Notes under the pieces: model-generated | The model's input: only the letters and a program-made list of their open reading frames with translations | What the model was told of the DNA's origin: nothing | The model's database searches: none | NCBI GenBank assembly: GCA_964291625.2 | Contig: OZ220089.1 | Span: 1,728,001-1,792,000 of the forward strand | Source of the DNA: Candidatus Latescibacterota bacterium | GTDB lineage: Bacteria > Latescibacterota > UBA2968 > UBA8231 | DNA: 64,000 nucleotides | Direction: 5' to 3' | In this document: positions 60,641 to 64,000 of the stretch, piece by piece | Layout: each line of letters opens with the position of its first letter | How positions within the stretch are numbered: the first letter of the stretch is position 1 | Position numbers and translations under genes: made by a program

Positions 60641-60689
60641 GGCGAAGATCGTCTGACCAAGGCCCTCGCCCCTCGCCGGAGGACGGAAG

Positions 60690-61421
60690 ATGAGACGCCT
60701 CGGAGCCGCCCTGCCCCTCTTTCTGCTCACCCTCGGCTGCGGCTACTCCTACTACTCCGAACCCCTTCAGCCCCTCGGATCGCAGGCCCCCCACCTGCAG
60801 GTGCAGGACGACGGGGGCGTCCACTTCACCCAGGGCCGGCTGGAGGTCCGCGTGCGGCCCATGACCGAGGACGAGCTCAACCGGCGGTTCCAGTCGGCCT
60901 CGGTCCACGGCGTCCACTCGACCAATCCCTACACCTTCGGTAACGCCGAGCGGCCCGAGCAGGAGTCGGAGGACCGGTTCACCGTCTTCCTCCTGAGCGT
61001 CAAGAACTACGAGTATCCCAAGGTCCTCATCGATCCGATGAAGATCGCCCTCTACGCCGACAACGGACGCGAGTACTGGTCTCTCGACATCCTGCAGCTG
61101 ACCAACTACTACCGCGCCTACGCCCAGGGTTACCGGGGCAACGAGTACGGCCGCTTCCGCGAGCGCCAGGACCTGCTCAACCGCACCATGTTCCCCAAGG
61201 AGATGATCTTCAGCGGCCAGGAGCTGGAGGGGTTTCTCGTCTTCCGCAGCCTGCACTCGGACGTGGCCAACCTGACGCTGACCATCCACGGCGCCGTGAC
61301 CCGCTTCGACTACCGCGACGAGCCCGTGGAGAAGGTCGACATCTCCTACCGGTTCGGACGCGAGGTGGGGCGGCTCTACCCCGGAGGCCGCCGCCAGCCG
61401 AGCACCGCCTCGGCCTCCTGA
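60690..61421 (+). CDS. Hypothetical lipoprotein
   Basis: Lipobox LTLGC, beta-rich and Tyr-rich body, GGAGG upstream. Confidence 0.8.
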   Translation: MRRLGAALPLFLLTLGCGYSYYSEPLQPLGSQAPHLQVQDDGGVHFTQGRLEVRVRPMTEDELNRRFQSASVHGVHSTNPYTFGNAERPEQESEDRFTVFLLSVKNYEYPKVLIDPMKIALYADNGREYWSLDILQLTNYYRAYAQGYRGNEYGRFRERQDLLNRTMFPKEMIFSGQELEGFLVFRSLHSDVANLTLTIHGAVTRFDYRDEPVEKVDISYRFGREVGRLYPGGRRQPSTASAS

Positions 61422-61532
61422 ACACCCTGATCCGGCACCCCGCCGGAGTCCGTTTCTCCCGAGTCCCGCACCGCCTTGCCGGCCGCTTTCCGCCCGCTCC
61501 CGCCGGGCGTCCGCCCGAACCCCGCCGGATCG

Positions 61533-63251
61533 TCAGGGCCCCTCGCCGGCGTTCTGCGGAGTCGCCACGTTGAGGGGACAGCGGTCCCGGTACGAGGGTT
61601 CCATCCGGTCCCACAACTCTTCGAGGGCGTGCTGGTTCCAGTCGTGGAAGCGGGAGGCGCCGATCTCGTCGGCCAGGCCGGTGCTCTCGAGGACCTGGTA
61701 GACCCCGTGCTTGACACGGGTCACGTGGACCTCCACCCCGACGCCCCGCAACTCCTCGACGGCGCGGCGCAGAGCCTCGACTCCGGTGACATCGATCTCG
61801 TTGATGCCCCCCGCATCGAAGACGAGATAGCGCAGTTGCGGCAGCCGCGACAGCGCCTCGAGCACCTTGTCCTCGAACCAGCCGGCGTCGCCGAAGTAGA
61901 GACCGCCGTCGAATCGCAGGATGGCGATGCGCTGACCGAGGGCCAGGCCGTGGGCGTCAGCGTCGACGAGATGGCCCTCCGGGTGGCGGGCGAGGTAGGC
62001 CACGTGGGGACGCATCGTGCGGCGCAGGAACTGCAGCAGGGAGAGGGCGACGCCGATGAGGATGCCCCAGTGAAGGGCGGGGGCCAGGGCGAGGGTGGCG
62101 GCGAAGGTGATGGCGGCGATGAGGGCGCCGGTGCGCGACACCCTCCAGGCGCGGCGGACCGGCTTGATGCCGACCAGGCCGGCCACGGCGGCGACGATGA
62201 TGACCGCCAGCGTCGCCCGGGGCAGATGGTGGAAGAGTGGGGTGAGGACCAGGAGGGTGAGGAGGACGGCGGCGGAGGTCACGGCGGAGGCGAAGCCCGT
62301 GACCGCGCCGTTGGTGAAGTTGACCATCGACCGCGAGAACGAGCCGGAGACGGCGTACGATCCGAAGAGGCTGCCCGCCACGTTGGCCAGGCCCTGCCCG
62401 ACGAGCTCCTGGTCGACGTCGATGTGGTGCTTGCTGCGCGCCGCGATCGTCTTGGCGATCGACATCGCCTCCATGAGGCCGATGAGGGTCAGCACCGCGG
62501 CGCCGGGCAGCAGTTGCAGGACCAGGCCGGGGTCGACCGCCGGCAGCTCGAAGGCGGGCAGGCCCCTCGGGACGTGGCCCACCACCTCGCCGTCGAAGCC
62601 GGCCGCCCAGGAGAGGGCGGTGGTGACGGCCACGGCGGCGAGGACCTTCTCGAAGCGGTGCCGCAGCAGGATGAGGACGGCGGCGGCCAGGGCCGCCATG
62701 CCGACCGTCGTCCAGCGGAGGTCCGCGGCGGAGGCCAGGACGCGCCACACCGTCTCCACATGGAACGACCCGGCCTCGGCGTCCACGCCGAGGAGGTGGT
62801 GCAGCTGCGAGCTGGCGATGATCAGGGCGGCGGCGTTGGTGAAGCCGGCGATGACCGGCACGGAGAGCAGGTTGACGAGCATCCCCAGCCTCAGCGCCCC
62901 GAGGGCCAGCCGCAGGACCCCGACCATCAGGGCCAGCAGGATCGAGCAGGAGACGTAGGCCTCGGTGCCCGCCGCGGCCACCGACCCCACGGTGGCGGCG
63001 CTGATCAGGGAGGCCATGGCCACCGGTCCCGTGGCCAGGTGCCGGGAGGATCCCCAGAAGGCGGCGATCACCGGCGGCAGGAAGGCGGCGTAGAGGCCGT
63101 AGACCGAGGGCAGCCCCGCCAGCTCGGCATAGGCCATCGCCTGGGGCACCAGCACCGCGGCCACCGTCACGCCGGCGACCAGGTCCCGCCGCAGGACGCC
63201 GGGCCGGCGCAGCTCGGGGAGCCAGCGGAGGAAGGGAAGGAGTCGGTCCAT
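61533..63251 (-). CDS. SulP/SLC26 anion permease with STAS domain
   Basis: DLVAGVTVA.VLVPQAMAYAELAGLP..YGLY, GSSRHLATGPVA, GSFSRS, STAS LRFDGGLYFG...IDVTG. Confidence 0.95.
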   Translation of the reverse strand: MDRLLPFLRWLPELRRPGVLRRDLVAGVTVAAVLVPQAMAYAELAGLPSVYGLYAAFLPPVIAAFWGSSRHLATGPVAMASLISAATVGSVAAAGTEAYVSCSILLALMVGVLRLALGALRLGMLVNLLSVPVIAGFTNAAALIIASSQLHHLLGVDAEAGSFHVETVWRVLASAADLRWTTVGMAALAAAVLILLRHRFEKVLAAVAVTTALSWAAGFDGEVVGHVPRGLPAFELPAVDPGLVLQLLPGAAVLTLIGLMEAMSIAKTIAARSKHHIDVDQELVGQGLANVAGSLFGSYAVSGSFSRSMVNFTNGAVTGFASAVTSAAVLLTLLVLTPLFHHLPRATLAVIIVAAVAGLVGIKPVRRAWRVSRTGALIAAITFAATLALAPALHWGILIGVALSLLQFLRRTMRPHVAYLARHPEGHLVDADAHGLALGQRIAILRFDGGLYFGDAGWFEDKVLEALSRLPQLRYLVFDAGGINEIDVTGVEALRRAVEELRGVGVEVHVTRVKHGVYQVLESTGLADEIGASRFHDWNQHALEELWDRMEPSYRDRCPLNVATPQNAGEGP

Positions 63252-63324
63252 GAACACTATTCTATACTGATTTCCAGCCCCTCCACGCACACACGGGGGC
63301 CGGGAGCCCCCCCGGAGAAGAGAA

Positions 63325-64000
63325 ATGGCGAAGACCTCGGCGATCGTCGTAGGCACCGGCGGCATGGCCCGCCACCACATGAGCGTCATGCTCGACATGT
63401 CCAACACCCGCATCTGCGGCCTCGTCGAGGTCGCCGATGACCAGCGGCAGCAGACCCGTGACCTGTTCGAGAGCCGGGGCAGGAGGTGCCCGCCCTTCTA
63501 CGACACGATCAAGGCACTCATCGCGGCCCAGGGCGCGCCCGACACGGCTTTCATCGCCACGCCGCACAAGTACCACCTGGAGAACGCCCGGGACTGCCTG
63601 CGGGCCGGCGTCGACGTCCTGCTCGAGAAGCCGATGGTGATCAACGCCTCCGAGGCGAGGCGCCTGATCAAGGTCCGCGACGAAGTCGGGAAGCTGCTCG
63701 TCGTCGCCTTCCCGGGCAGCCTGTCGCCGGCGGTCAGGAAAGCCAGGCAGATGATCGCGGGCGGAAAGCTCGGCCACGTAACGTCCGTCTCCGCCTACGC
63801 GCACCAGAACTGGAAGGCGATGACCGTCGGCCAGTGGCGGCAGGACCCGGAGATCTCCGGAGGGGGCTTTCTCTTCGACACGGGATCGCACATGGTCAAC
63901 ACGGTCGTCGATCTCATCGACCAGGACGTGGTCGAGGTCTGCGCCCTCATGGATGACTGCGGCACCCCCGTCGACATCAATTCGACCGTCAGCGGCCGCT
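63325..64000 (+). CDS. Gfo/Idh/MocA-family oxidoreductase (3'-truncated, absent from ORF track)
   Basis: My translation: MAKTSAIVVGTGGMARHH...IATPHKYH...DVLLEKPM...WRQDPEISGGGFLFDTGSH, open to the window end. Confidence 0.92.
   Translation, partial: MAKTSAIVVGTGGMARHHMSVMLDMSNTRICGLVEVADDQRQQTRDLFESRGRRCPPFYDTIKALIAAQGAPDTAFIATPHKYHLENARDCLRAGVDVLLEKPMVINASEARRLIKVRDEVGKLLVVAFPGSLSPAVRKARQMIAGGKLGHVTSVSAYAHQNWKAMTVGQWRQDPEISGGGFLFDTGSHMVNTVVDLIDQDVVEVCALMDDCGTPVDINSTVSGR

Overview
Very GC-rich, gene-dense bacterial window with about 38 real CDSs. Most long ORFs in the six-frame track are GC-driven shadow frames. I found no rRNA, tRNA, CRISPR array or mobile element. Gene content (FlgD-like C-terminal domain proteins, a WGRIK-tailed protein, DUF6785-type membrane protein, ASPIC/UnbV, TPR-GT-C proteins) suggests an FCB-superphylum lineage such as Latescibacterota; this is inference. 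Layout: (1) 1-6.2 kb pstC-pstA-pstB-phoU-phoB-phoR; (2) 6.3-20 kb envelope/glycolipid cluster (GT2, MMPL, three GT4s, PAP2-like, DUF3047, HTTM-like pair, methyltransferase, flippase); (3) 20.6-27 kb putative glycan-degradation genes, one frameshifted; (4) 27-61.4 kb surface-protein locus; (5) SulP and a partial Gfo/Idh/MocA gene. The best candidate for an undescribed system is block 4. Four large secreted paralogs share a TPNGDGIND/FlgD-like C-terminal domain and all end in exactly IAVAY-stop. They are interleaved with a parvulin-type foldase, two TPR-bearing GT-C glycosyltransferases, two SGNH proteins (one split by an in-frame TAG), a Ca-motif-rich putative outer-membrane protein and a WGRIK-tailed sugar-binding-like protein. 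All family calls come from motif recognition by eye, not database searches.
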